Source of the DNA: Mobula hypostoma
Lineage: Eukaryota
NCBI RefSeq assembly: GCF_963921235.1
Contig: NC_086108.1
Coordinates: 55,802,001 to 55,866,000, forward strand
Reading direction: 5' to 3'
DNA length: 64,000 nt
The notes under the pieces are model-generated. The model worked only from the letters and a program-made list of their open reading frames with translations, had not been told where the DNA came from and did no database searches. Numbering within the stretch: position 1 is the first letter of the stretch; each line of letters starts with the position of its first letter. Position numbers and translations under genes: made by a program. Below are positions 13,301 to 26,000 of this stretch, in pieces.

Positions 13301-14192
13301 ACCCTTCCCTGCACCCCCCCCCCCACTTTCTACAGGAGTCGCTCCCACATGACTTCATTGTCCATTTGTCTCTCTCCCTTGTTCTCCCTCCTGGCACTTA
13401 TCCTTGCAAGCAGAACAAGTGCTCACCTGCCCCCACACCTCCTCCCTCACTACCATTCAGGGCCCCAAACAGTCCTTCCAGGTGAGGGAACACTTCACCT
13501 GTGAGTCTGTTGGGGTCACCTACTCTATGTGGTACTTCAGGTAGAGAGACCTGACGTAGATTGGGAGACCGCTTCACCAAGCACCTATGCCCTTTCCACC
13601 TGAAAAAAATAGGATCTCCCACTGACCACCCATTTTAATCCACTTCTCATTCCCATTTCAATATGTCAGTCCATGGCTCCTCTACTGCTGCGATGAGGCC
13701 ACACTCAGGTTGAAGAAGCAGCAACTTATCGTCCTTCTAGGTAGCCTCCAACCTGATGGCATGACCATAGATTTCCCCATCTTCTGGTAATGCCTCCCCC
13801 TTCACCATTCCCATTCTCCCCTCTCACTGTATCTCCTTACCTGCTCATCACCTCCTTCTGTTGCTCCTCCCCCTTCCCTTTCTTCCATGGCCTTCTGTCC
13901 TCTCCAATCAGATCCCCCCTTCTCCAGCCCTTTATAGCTTTCACCAATCAACTTCTCAGCTCTTTACTTCACTCCTCTGCCTCGTCCAATTTCACCTATC
14001 ACCTACTGCCTTGTACTTCTTCCTCGCTTCTCCCATCTTCTTATTTAAACTTCTCATCTTTTTCCTGCAGCCCTGATGAAGTGTCTCAGTGCCAAAATGT
14101 TGACTGTTTACTATTTTCCATAGATGCTGCCTGGCCTGCTGAGTTCCTCCAACATTTTGTGTCTGTTGCTTGGATTTCCAGCATCTGCAGAT
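10383..14192 (+). mobile_element. Three decayed Penelope-like retroelement copies (about 10383-10880, 11205-12565, 12566-14192)
   Basis: RT motifs AMGTHMDPSY, FLHYIDDCIG, LPFLDL, TDVYYKPTDSHSYLDY; GIY-YIG endonuclease GVIYYVWCSRCGLLHIGETRRRL; pyrimidine-rich terminal repeats; frameshifts and stops. Confidence 0.85.
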
Positions 14193-14849
14193 TTTCTCTT
14201 GTTTGCCAAAATTCTATCCAACTTCCCACCTCATCTGTCTCCTGCTGTACCCTTTTTACTCATAATACCACCAACTTTCATGTCATCTGCAAATGTACTC
14301 ACTCTGTCTTCTGCTTTTATATCGAAGTAATGAATATCAGAAACAAGGGAACCAATACTAACCTCTGCAGTTTGCCACTGTTCACATACTTCCACTCACA
14401 AAGTTATTCTTCCACCATCTCCTTGGCCTCCTGTTACCAAGTTAATTTATTTTATCCAAAAGGGAACAAACACAGAAATTGTTGGAAATGTTGGCAGATT
14501 AATCCGCTTCTATGAAGGAAAAAATAAATATTTTTAGTTTAAAATTCATTCTACTGTAAGATTTCCAAATAATTGCCTAAAGCTTTGCTAAACACATATC
14601 AATAAAATCATCAGCAAGATTTAATGACCTTCTAATCCACATAATCAGTTCCAGAAAGAACTTAAGCTTTATTAACTGACCTCTAAATGATCCAGTGTCA
14701 GCTGGAGTTACGGTTGAACATTTGGATGGTCTTAAATATTCCCAGCAGGAACAGCAAGACGGTGTAATGCTTACAGGAGAATAGATAGCCCGTAGTGAAT
14801 AATTGGCTATGAGGTGCAGAGCATCATTATTATCAGTAATTGACTAATT

Positions 14850-15464
14850 TATTCAGTTCGCGTTTTATGTTAGGATTGGGGAAAATCCAGTCCAGGCTTT
14901 CCAAGTGGTTTGTGTCACCGTTCAGTAAGATTTTCTGGCTTTTAACGAGTAACAACGTTATTCATTCAGCTAACACTTAATACAACTGAAGCACATAAGA
15001 TACAAAGTAGGAAAAAGGGACTACCCTTGTGTGAGCTTTGATGGAGTTACATTTTTATTAAGTTAGAGAAAGCCCACAAGGCAACAAGTGTCCGGCAAAA
15101 ATCGGGCTGTTCTTGTGATGCTGAGGGGTTTCCCTAAATCTGTAAGACTCCAAGGCGAACTTTCTTTCAATTTACGAAACCTACAAGCGTGCTCCGTAAC
15201 GTAAATGCAATATAAATTAAAGTTTGTCATAGTTTCGCTAAGGAGTAAACAGTACTGTTGACTAATTTTATGCTGGAAACGTGACGTCCGATTTGGGAAA
15301 TCTTCGCTATTATGCAAATTTCATGGTGTCATTTCTCCACTCCCCTTCCACGTTTAGAAGAGCGTTCCCGGCTAATATTCTGAATCTGAAGCTTGTCAAC
15401 AAACGCAAGGATAGCTGTCCCGTAACTCTGATCATTAACTGTGAAGGACTGTGAGGCTCGCACG
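14850..15464 (+). promoter_or_regulatory. Intronic promoter / 5' UTR of the PDE4B2-like isoform
   Basis: Visibly CpG-richer than flanks; kB-type GGGGTTTCCC (15125-15134) and GGGAAAATCC (14879-14888), CRE-like TGACGTCC (15282-15289), octamer ATGCAAAT (15312-15319), directly upstream of the ATG. Confidence 0.65.
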
Positions 15465-15680
15465 ATGAAGGAACATTGTGGTCGGGCATTGGGCTGCCCT
15501 AGTAATTCTGAAATAGACACGATGCAGCAGTTAAACCCTGACTACATGCCTATGTGCTTGTTTACAGAAGAAAACTACCAAAAGTTAGCTATGGAGACTC
15601 TGGAAGAATTAGACTGGTGTTTGGATCAACTTGAGACAATACAAACATACCGGTCAGTCAGCGAAATGGCTTCGAATAAG
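15465..15680 (+). CDS. PDE4B: PDE4B2-like first coding exon (unique N-terminus fused to UCR2 exon)
   Basis: [72 protein letters not shown]; donor AAG|GTAAAC at 15681; internal acceptor TTTACAG| at 15567 would serve long forms (exon 15568-15680). Confidence 0.92.
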
Positions 15681-17362
15681 GTAAACAATTGTTTATTATG
15701 TTTTCATGCTTGACAAAATAAATGGAAAAACACTAATATCTCTGACATAAAATGTAATTGTGAATTATCAGTATATTATGATTAAATGCTAATGTGCACC
15801 TATGGTGAAATATTTTATCAACTTTACACCAGAATGCATTCATGTTTTAAAAAACTTTAAAATCTTCAAAGAAAACTAAAACCCTTATTTAGATGTGTGT
15901 GTGTATATATATAATTTTTTAACCTGTTGCTCTTAAATAGATTGTATTGCTGCCTAATTATTAGTGAAATGAATACTTTGAACAGCTTAATGTTACTAGT
16001 TTTGTTTTTAATATCATCACAATTATTCATATATTTTAGTGCATTTAGTAGACTTAAACAATAGAATAGTAACAGATTCATTAACAGTTCAAAAACAAAT
16101 ATGCATATTTTAAATAGAGATCATGTAATAGCTCATATTACAGTACTGCACTGAATCTGAAATATGACCTCTAATAATTTTAAACATGTCTATGTATTCA
16201 CCAGTTATTATTTGTGCAGAATGACTAAAGGTATTATTTGAAATGTCATGAATTGACATGTTTAATTCTGTTCTTGTATGCTTACTCATTAGTATAGTGT
16301 CGAATATTATGCAAAGGATACAGTACAGCTAATATCTATTAACAAAATATCAGTAATTTAAAGAGTTTTCATTTCTAGTTTTGTGCTGAAGTTTATCCGA
16401 ACACTCTTGTGAGTAATACCATCAATAGTTGTAAAGGATCTTTGCTCTGCCTCAACAGTATGGTTCACCTACCATGTCAGAATTCCGTTGTTTTGTTTTC
16501 TATGGAATTCCCCATGTTTTCCAGTAAAATCAACAAATAAGTGAAGTATGAGCAAAATAGGAATAGTCCTTATTCATCACATGCAGGACTGTTAAATTAT
16601 GGAAATGGAATTCATTTAATCAATCAGGGCTGTATTTGGATCCAAGCACCAGAAAAGAAAATTTAATATTTTTAATATATCTGTAGACATTGATGTAAGA
16701 ATGATTTTATGTTTGAGTCAGTATTACAAACTGGAGGCACTGACTTTAATTGTTTCAGTTCTATAACACTTAACTTTTTCATTTTAACACCTATACCTCA
16801 TGCTACCACAGTTCACCAGCTCATTGCTGCTTAACTCAACATGGCAAAGCAGAAAATGGCTTCCATGCAACAAGGGTCAACAGTTGTCAAAATGGGTAGC
16901 GCACAACTCATGCGATATGAACATCAGAAGCTATGTTACCACATAAAATATGACAAAGCAGACCACAGTGTCCTGAAATAACAAATCCACTGCCTGGAGC
17001 TCTGTATTTCATGAGTTTTACAACATACCCCACAGTCTTGCAATTATAAGGGATAATAATTATCTTGGCAACAGGAATATTGCAATTATTTCTTTCTTTA
17101 TGACATGGATGGATGTCATTTAGCCCAGAAAGTCTATGCCAGTTCTCAGTGCATTTATATTATTTCCTATTCCCCACCTATTAACCTGTAAACTATTCTC
17201 TGTTGCATTCCAATTTTCCTGCCTCCCATTTATATGAATGGAAAAATTGTAGCAGTCAGTTTAACAATGAGCACACCTTAGGGATATGGGAGTAAACTGG
17301 AACACCCTGTGGAAAAGTCACATGGTCATAGGAAAAATGTGGCAACTCCACAGACACAGACA

Positions 17363-17364
<2 letters not shown>

Positions 17365-17398
<34 letters not shown>
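17365..17398. repeat. (CA)n microsatellite
   Basis: About 17 CA units. Confidence 0.95.
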
Positions 17399-17401
<3 letters not shown>

Positions 17402-19709
17402 CAGAACTGACTGGCACACTGGAACCATGGAACAGCTACATGAGCTGCAGCACCAGGGCACTGGCAGAGTGGTGAGGAACTGGGCAACAAATAAACGCCT
17501 TCCTCCACGGATTGTCTTCGTGCAAACAATACATTCAGCTGGGTTTTCCAATCCACTCAGCCCCAGGTGGCCACATGAACAGTCTCAAATCACAGCTAAC
17601 TTCTGGTCACAGTCAAGAGATCTACTTAGCCACATTGTAAAAATGAAACAAACACAAAATAAACATTCTGAACATATAAATCAAAGCATGCTGTATTGCA
17701 AAGCAATGCCCCCAATCAAGGTTTTTCTTCATTTTCAGAGTGCCTATTGTTCATGTACCTTTCTCTTCTTCTCTTGTTCAGTGCCTTCAGAATGGATCGA
17801 GCTTGAATAATGCAAAGTTGCAGACTAAATGTTCTTGGCTTTGGAGGATGACCTGAAACAATGGTTCTGAATCTGAACCTGGTTCGGTCAGGGTTGGGTG
17901 CCTGATGGATGAGAACAAGAGAGAAAAAAAAAATCAGGATTTTCTGGTATTCATTGTCATGACAGAAGTTAAAATCTGTTGATTTTGCTGAACTACAGTC
18001 TGAAATATGAGCCAGAAATATTGGCTGAGTTAACGACTGGGCTAATGAGTTGCTGCTACTTCCCTGCTGTATGGAATGAGCTCCAAGCTTGATGCAAGGC
18101 CCCACTTTGGTCCTTGCCACAATACACAGGTTTTCTGGCAGGCTTCAAAACCATAATGTGACATCTGTGTAGGGCTTGTCTTATCTCGTGTGACTGGTCG
18201 CCACATTCTTTATGAGAAAATCAAATTACATAGTACTACACTAGGCGCTAGTAGCCCATCAAAAGTCTAGGTATCGGAAGGAGACAGTAAATAGAAATCA
18301 AACACTGTATATAATAATATATACAAAATATTGATATGAGTAAGAACAATTTAAAATTCCAATGTTCTGTTTAGATTCCAAATCTCGGATATCAAACGAA
18401 AACCAAATTCCTTTTCAGTTAGAATCAGTGAAATTCATTAGAATAACCTTTGTTACTCCATTTTCACTAACTAATTAGATCTAGTGTAATCCCCTATTTA
18501 AAGGTTTACACACTAACAATTGCCTTTCTATTTATCCCTAGTTAGTTGAATAATAATTCAGCTCAAGTCAGTATCCCTACAGATTCAAATTCAAATTCCA
18601 AGATTATATATATATCCAGCTTAACTCCTTTCAAGACAATTCTCCAATATCACAACTTTTCAGCAAGGTAAATCCCATTGTAACTTATCAAAGTCTTTAC
18701 AAATTAATCATTTCTTGCAGAAAATCAAATTAAATCCTTCGAATGAAAATAAACTTGGACATCCAACCGTATTAAATCCTCTACCTCATTAAACATTTCA
18801 TTCCCATGCTGGTTCTTCGATCTTGGGTGGCTCGCCATCTTGTTTCTTGGTTTGTTGTCTGAAATAGTTGATCATTCGTGGATGGTCACTTCACAAACAT
18901 ACACGGAAAAAAAACTAACCAAATCCCTTGATATTGTTTCACAGAACTAATTCCTGGTTACACTTTAGAGATCTTGGACACTCGTCTCTGCCAATATTGG
19001 CTCATTATAGCTGCTGCTTGTTATAGTCATAGCTTCAGTTAGCCCTTTTATCACTATCGTCTCTCCTCCAGGGGTTTCACCCTGAGGTTTACAAGTAAGT
19101 AGGGTAGAGATACTCAATACTAATTCACTTTTAACAGTTTATATCTTTAGTTTCTAATAAGTTTGCTGCATTTCTCTTTCTTGTCTGTGCCTGTGTCAGT
19201 CGCACCTCGTTCTCACAGTTTTTCCTCAGGTTCTCTTTATTAAAAAAATTGGTAAACCTCATTTTCATCCCTCCACAGGTGGAGCTTTCTAACATTACAT
19301 ATTTGGTTTGAATTAACCTGGGTTACAATAACATTTTAACTTGCATATCATTCAGCCTTCAATGTAATTGGTTAGTCCTCTGCAAAAAAGTGTGTGTGTT
19401 TGCCAAGCTCTCTGCTGGGTTTGGCGGGGTGGGGGAGGGGGGTGAAGCTGGCACCTTTATTATCTGTGTGCTCAAGTTATGGACAGTTTCAATATATGAG
19501 CGGGTGGTTAAGGATGTTAGACCGTGCGTGATGTGTTTTTCATCATGCTTTACGATATTGCCTGTCTAGGTATTTGCAGCTTTAGAATTCCCGAAATGCA
19601 TGGAGGATTGAATTTTATAAGAGGTTGGGATGAAAAATAAAAGCAAATTCTTTTGTTCTGTGTAGTGCTGAATTGGAAAAGATGGTAGGTCAAAGGGAAA
19701 CTGAATGTG

Positions 19710-20060
19710 AGAAGCAACACACACAAACGCTGGAGGAACTCAGCAGGTCAGGCAGCATCTATGGAAATGAATAAACAGTCGACATTTCAGGCTGAGGCCT
19801 TTCTTCAGGACTGGAAAGAACTGGGGTGGGGGAGGGGAAGATGCCAGAATAAAAAGGTGGGGAGAAGGGAAGGAGGATAGCTAGAAGGTGATAGGTGAAG
19901 CCAGGTGGGTAGGGAAGATAAAAGGGCTGGAGAGGAAGGAAACTGTTAGGGGAGGAGGCTGGACCACAGGAGAAAGGATTGAAGAGAGGACCCAGGGGGA
20001 GATGATAGGCAGGTGAGAAGAGGTAAGACGCCAGAGTGGCGAATTGAAGAAGAGGGGAGA
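19710..20060 (-). repeat. Penelope terminal-repeat fragment
   Basis: Reverse complement of the 13790-14190 type sequence; contains the hammerhead motif. Confidence 0.75.
19776..19813 (-). ncRNA. Minimal hammerhead motif, near-intact, antisense to PDE4B
   Basis: Minus strand: CAGUC-CUGAAGA-A-AGGC(CUCA)GCCU-GAAAU-GUC-GACUG. Confidence 0.6.
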
Positions 20061-20273
20061 AGAATGCATGTATGAGAATAAACTCTTCCATTGTTTCAAC
20101 CCATTCCCAGCCTCTGCTTCAGCAATGGCCTGTCCAGTTGTACTAAGCATGGGGTTGTAAAAACTGCAACACTCATCCATGTCTGTTACTGCCTGTTATT
20201 CTGGCTGTGCACCTTTTCGATCTGCAAATGAGATGTCCCAGTGCATTTCTTTTTGGTAAGATATCTGGTCAAC

Positions 20274-21008
20274 TTAATTGATATAGTTGTTGAAGAAAGT
20301 GCAAAAATGGGTCTATCTGTTAATTGTAAAAAGACAGGATGTATGGTGATATCCAAAAAGAAGGAGAATCCTATCAGCAGACTGAGAATAAACAGGGAAG
20401 ACATAAAACAAGTACAGAACTTTTGCAACTTAGGAAGCTGGGTGACATCAGATGGCAGGTGTGACATGGACATCAAAAGAAGAATAGGGATGGCAAAAGA
20501 CACCTTTACGAGAATGAAGAATATACTGACCACACTAAACTAGGCATGACAACCTGCCTCAGAGTACTGAAATGTTAGGTTTATCCAGTTATGCTATATG
20601 GATCAGAATGTTGGACAATATCTAGTAACATGTGGAAACAAATTGAAGCAGCAGAGATGTGGTTTTTAAGGAGGATGCAAAGTATATCATGGATGAAATG
20701 AATATCTAATGAGGGTGTCATGAACAGAGCAAACACGAAAAGAGAAATAATGTATGAGATCATGAAAAAGCAACGTAACTTCATTGGACATGTGATTAGG
20801 AAAGAGGAGTTAGAATGCATGGTAATTATGGGAAAGATTGAAGGGAAGAAAGCAAAAGGAAGGCAAGACAAATGATGATGGGGACAGCAGCCAGAGAACT
20901 GGAAATGAATACCAATGAATTGATCCACTTGACCCAAAACAGGAGAGTGTGGACCATGGCAGTCAAAGCTCAAACTGGGCACGGCACCTGATGATGAAGA
21001 TGATGATG
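20274..21008 (+). mobile_element. 5'-truncated RTE-clade LINE
   Basis: MGLSVNCKKT..FCNLGS..DIKRRIGMAK peptide, (GAT)n tail, flanking direct repeat ATCTGGTCAAC at 20263-20273 and 21009-21019. Confidence 0.85.
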
Positions 21009-23029
21009 ATCTGGTCAACATTCTGTCCAAAACATAGAGGGAACAAGTTCCTAGAAACAAATCAAAAAATCATTTCTGAATGAATCAAAGAGACCACAAA
21101 TCTAACTACAAACGTTTGTACATGTATGTATTTAGAACATAGAACAGTAGAGCACAATATGAACCATTTGGCCCACAATGTTGTGCCAACATATATAAAC
21201 CTACTCCATGATCAACCTAACTCTTCTCTCCTACACTGCCCATACTCTATTTTTCTTATATCCCTGTGTCTATCTAAGAGTCTTTTAAATGCCCTTATTG
21301 TAACTGCCTCTACCATCAGTCCTAGCAGTGTTCCACTGCTCTTTGTTTTTATAAAGAACTACTCCTGACATCTCCGCTAAACTTTCCTCCACTCACCTTA
21401 AATGCATGCCCCCAGTATTAACTTTTCAACTGGAAAATTTCACAGATTAACATCACTTAACTTCAAATTCAAGCAACATATTGACAGATTGAAATGAATT
21501 GGAAATTTTGAATGTTTTGTAATTAAGTTACAAACCATGATTTGTAAAGGTAGAATTAACTTTTTTTTACTGAATGGGGTTTTTGAGGGAACTGTTTGGG
21601 GAGGTATAAAAACATCTCCACAGTGCTTTAGTTGAATGTGTTGAATTTTTGATTTCTCAGCCAGAAAGTATGAAGTGTGAGGAATAATTGTTTTGAAATA
21701 CTTTTTGTTCTCAAGCACATTAATTATAAGATGCATCATTATGAAAATCAAAGCTCCAACATAAAACAAATTAATGTCTCCCAAAAAGAAAAAGGATTTT
21801 TTTAAAAACAGGGTTCAATGTATAACAATAATGCCTTAAAGTTTTAAAGTGTTTTCCCGAGAGAGAGAGAGGTTGCAGCTAAAGTATGGAAATCACAATA
21901 ATATTTCATTGTGGTTGAAATAAAGGTTAAAAGTTATCCATGATTGCTTTATCAAAAACAGGATGCTTGTATTCCTGATAACTATGAAAGGAAGAGAAGT
22001 CAGTGGAACAATGTGGGGTGGAAATTGCAATAGAAATGTGAACACATCTACTGCAGTTGCACAAGCTGTGACTGTTTTCTGGCGAGATCATTGCTGAGTT
22101 CCTGACTGTGTTGCTAAACCCAAAAGACGTCATTGAAGACTGACAGGAGGCACCGGGTATCTGCTTAAAGAGTGACTTGTACTTCCTGTCTCGTTCCTGG
22201 CTACTTAACAGTACAAAGGCACTAAAGTATTTGGAATGTAGGCGTGTGCAGCTTCTAACCTTTCTATTCAAACTGATTGCAAACAGTAAACTAAAGGCAA
22301 CTATGATTACTAATAATTAAAGGGGATCTATCATCAAGATCGTGGCAGAATTTTAAATTCCTCAGGAAAATCAGCTGCAGGCATCTGTACTAACTTTATC
22401 ACTGAATTGTTGATGTTAGTACTGCTTGGATTGAAAATGGGAATATCCAGAAAAGAAAATAGGCCATATTTTGACTGTTAGTTTGAAAGTCTAAATAGTA
22501 CATGTTCTACCATTTATTTAATATATTTGCTTGGTGGACCACACTGCATCCAGCAAATTAATGCTGTGTGGTCTATCTAGCAAACACACAGCCAATACAT
22601 TGCCTTTTGCTTTCTTCTTGGCATCTAATTACTCAGCTACCTCACACAGTATTTCAACAAATACTGTAAAGAGAGAGAGTACACTGTTATGGGCAGGTGT
22701 GATGACTAGAGGGATTTTGGGGTCCTAATTCATAGCTCCCTGAACGTGGCTATACAGATTGATAGGGTGGTTAAGAACCATATGCTTGGCTTTAATAATC
22801 AAGGCATTGATTTCAAAAGTCAGGAAGTTATGTTGCCAGATTGTAAAACTCTAGTTAGGCCACATCTAGAGTTTGCATACATTTCTAGTTGCCCCATTCT
22901 TGGAAAGATGTTGAGGCTTTGGAGAGGGTACAGAAGAGATTTACCACGATGATGCCCAGATTAGAGGGCATGTGCTATACGAGGGGTTAGACAAACTTGG
23001 GTTGTTTTTGCTGGAGTGGAGGAGGCTGA

Positions 23030-26000
23030 TGTTATATTTTGTAACTCCAAAACACAAAATTAATTGAAAGAAAAACGCAGGGAGTCCAGGATAAATATGT
23101 ACTCTTTATTTTTCCTTTAAGTGAGACAAGCCGTTATGATGTAGTGGCATAATAATGTATGCCATTCATGTACTTTTACATAGAACCCGTAATGAATTAT
23201 TTAACCAAAGAATACTTAATCAAACAATATACTTACAATATTACTTAATACTACTGAAATATTAAATTACACAACACTCCTCCTGCTTAGCTATAAACTC
23301 TAACTCAATATAGAAGATATACTTTATACAGTCCACTATATAAATCAACTACTATATAGACATCCACATCATAGTAAATTTTAAATGGTCCCATTCAGGC
23401 CTAAAGCTGTGGTGGATTTCTTACTTTTGTGGGATAATGTCTTTCCTGACAAGGGGGATCACTCTGCTTGGCAGGAGAGACTTGTGGCTGTGATACAATC
23501 TCAGGTTCTGGGTCCTCCTCTGTAAAGGTTGTAGGAGTCTTCTCTGGGACTTCAGGAAGTGGGTCTGACAGCTCTGGACGACTCCTTTCTTCTCTAACAA
23601 TGGACTCTGCTCTCCTCAACTGATTGAGGTGTTGTCTCCAAGTGATATCAGACTCGATCTCCGCTGTGCTGGAGAGTGGTCCAGTTCTGTCCTTCATCTT
23701 TCCAGAAGTATCTGCATTTGTCACCTGTGTATTCCCATGGGAGAATTGTATGTCCAAGAGTGAAACATTGAAACTCCTTGTTTGAGGGGCCCTCAATTTG
23801 TCTCAGCTGTTTGTCCTGCATACGACTTCTAAGATTGGATTTGAGCAGGTTCAAGCGTGAATGCAAGGGATGACCCAGGAACAGGAACTGGTGAGTTATT
23901 GGCTGTGGAGTGTGTTGCATTCTGATATGCAAGGAAGAAATTGGTGAGCTTCTGATTCAGTGTCAGTGTTGTGTGTTCTGCTGACCTTGCTCGCAGTGAG
24001 TTCTTTAGACGGTGGACAAACATTTCCGCCGAGCCATTTGTTGCTGGGTGGTGTGGTGCAGATGAAGTGTGTCTTACTCCATTCATTTTCCAGAATGAGT
24101 GAAACTGTGCCCCCACCAGCTGTGGTCTGTTGTCACTAACTAAGTGTCTGGAATATCAGCCTTTGTTGATGTGTTGAGAAGTCTCTTCTCAATGTGTGAG
24201 GCTGCAGTGGAGGCTACTGGGAACACTTCTGGCCACTTTGCAGCTGCATCCACTACTACCAGAAAATTTGTGCGCATGAATGGTCCAGCAAAATCCACAT
24301 AAATGCTTTTCCAGGACAGTGCAGGCCATTCTCAGGGATGGAGAGATGCTGCTCTTAGCATCTTCTGGATGTGTTAGCATCCCAAATAGTGGACGGCAAG
24401 CTGCTCATTCTGCTGATCTATCCCAAGCCACCAGACAAAGCTTCGAGTCAACACTTTCATTTTGACCACACCTAGATGACTTGCGTGTAGTTCCTCCAAC
24501 ATTTTACCTTTCAGCTTGGATGGTACAACAACTCTCAAGCCCCACATAAGGAAACCTCCATCAAGGGCAAGTTCATCGCGACACTGGTAAAAATGAGGGG
24601 AGGAGTTTCTGCTGCATATTGCAGCCATTTTGCACAGCCATGTAGACCTGAGAGAATGTAGGATCTTTTCTGGTTTTCTTTTAGACTTTTGATTTGCATT
24701 AGGGAGAATATATCAAGAGGAGTGTCCACTTTTGAAACATTTTCAGTTATTTCTTTTTTCAAGGGCGAACAAGACAATCATCAGCATTTCCATGATGAGA
24801 TGTCCTCTTGAATTCGATCTTGTAATTATGCCATCCAAGAAACAGAGCCCATCTTTGCATTCATGCTGCCGCTGTTGTTAGTGGAACAGCCTTCTGTGGA
24901 TTGAAAATGGACACTAGTGGTTGATGATTAGTGATGAGGGGAAACTCTCTCCCATATCAGTACTGGTTGAAATGTTTCACACCCTAAACCAGACTCAAGG
25001 CCTCTCTGTCAACCTGTGTGTAATTTTTCTCTGCAACAGTAAGGGAATGTGATACAAAGGCTATGAGGTGTTCACTTACATCAATCATAACACGTGACAT
25101 GACTGCACCTGCATTATACCATAAGGCGAGGCATCACAGGCAAGTTTCACTGAATGATATAGATCTTAATGTGTGAGTACACTGTCCGACGTTGCCATTT
25201 CCTTTCCTTTTCGCAAAGTCATCTCACACTTGTTGTTCATTGCCATTTCTTCCTGATCTGTAGTAATGAGTTCAAAGCATGGAGCCAAGTAGCCAGGATT
25301 GGCAGGAGCCTATTAATATAAATTGAAAATCCCGAAAAAAAAACCACATCTATGACACATCCTTTGGTCTTGGGGCATCCAACACTGCTTGAATTTTCTC
25401 AGCGTATTTGTAATCATTGAGGTCAATCATGTGACCTCAAATGATGCTCGGTTTAAAGAACTCACACTCGTTGCATTGTTCTCTGAGCCAATAATCTTCT
25501 AATCTTTTGAACACAGTCTTGAGGTTTTGGAGAAGTTTCTTAGCATCCATACTGGTAACAGTGATGTCATCCATGTATCACTGAGTGCCTGGGCAACTTT
25601 GCAGCCTCTGGTCCATAGCTTTATGCAGAGAGCAGGTGTAGATGCTACTCCAAAAATAATCCTATTATAGCGATAATGCCCTTTATGAGTGTTTATGGTG
25701 AGAAATACTTTGGACACCTCTCCATCTCCATCTGTAGTAGATCTCAGCTAAGTCCACTTTACTGAAGTGTTTTCCTCCAGAAAGATTTGCAAATATTCTG
25801 GGCAAAGGTTATTGATCTACTTTCAGTACTGCATTGATGGAGATCTTAAAATCACCACAGATCCATTCTTCTTGGCTACTGGGACCACTGGCATTACCCA
25901 TGGGCTCCACTCAACCTTGGAAAGAATTCCTCCATGCATTCTAGCTCACTGGCTACTTTCTCATGGATGGTATAAGGAATAAAATAGGTTTTGTAAAACT

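Noticed and set aside
13790..14515. 241-aa ORF
   Set aside because: Low-complexity Penelope terminal repeat (DAAWPAEFLQHFV is a recurring repeat translation).
1..14850. Long-form PDE4B exons (UCR1/LR1)
   Set aside because: No RRESF/UCR1-like or linker exon found by eye; they probably lie upstream of the window.
17286..18120. 174-aa and 134-aa ORFs, and a strong pyrimidine tract/AG at about 17781
   Set aside because: The ORFs run through a SINE remnant and (CA)n or show no homology; the putative exon hits a stop in the PDE4B frame and has no clear donor.
18300..18870. Possible 5' end of an L1/Tx1-like element on the minus strand (AAGATGGCG)
   Set aside because: Only a short motif; no supporting protein similarity recognised.
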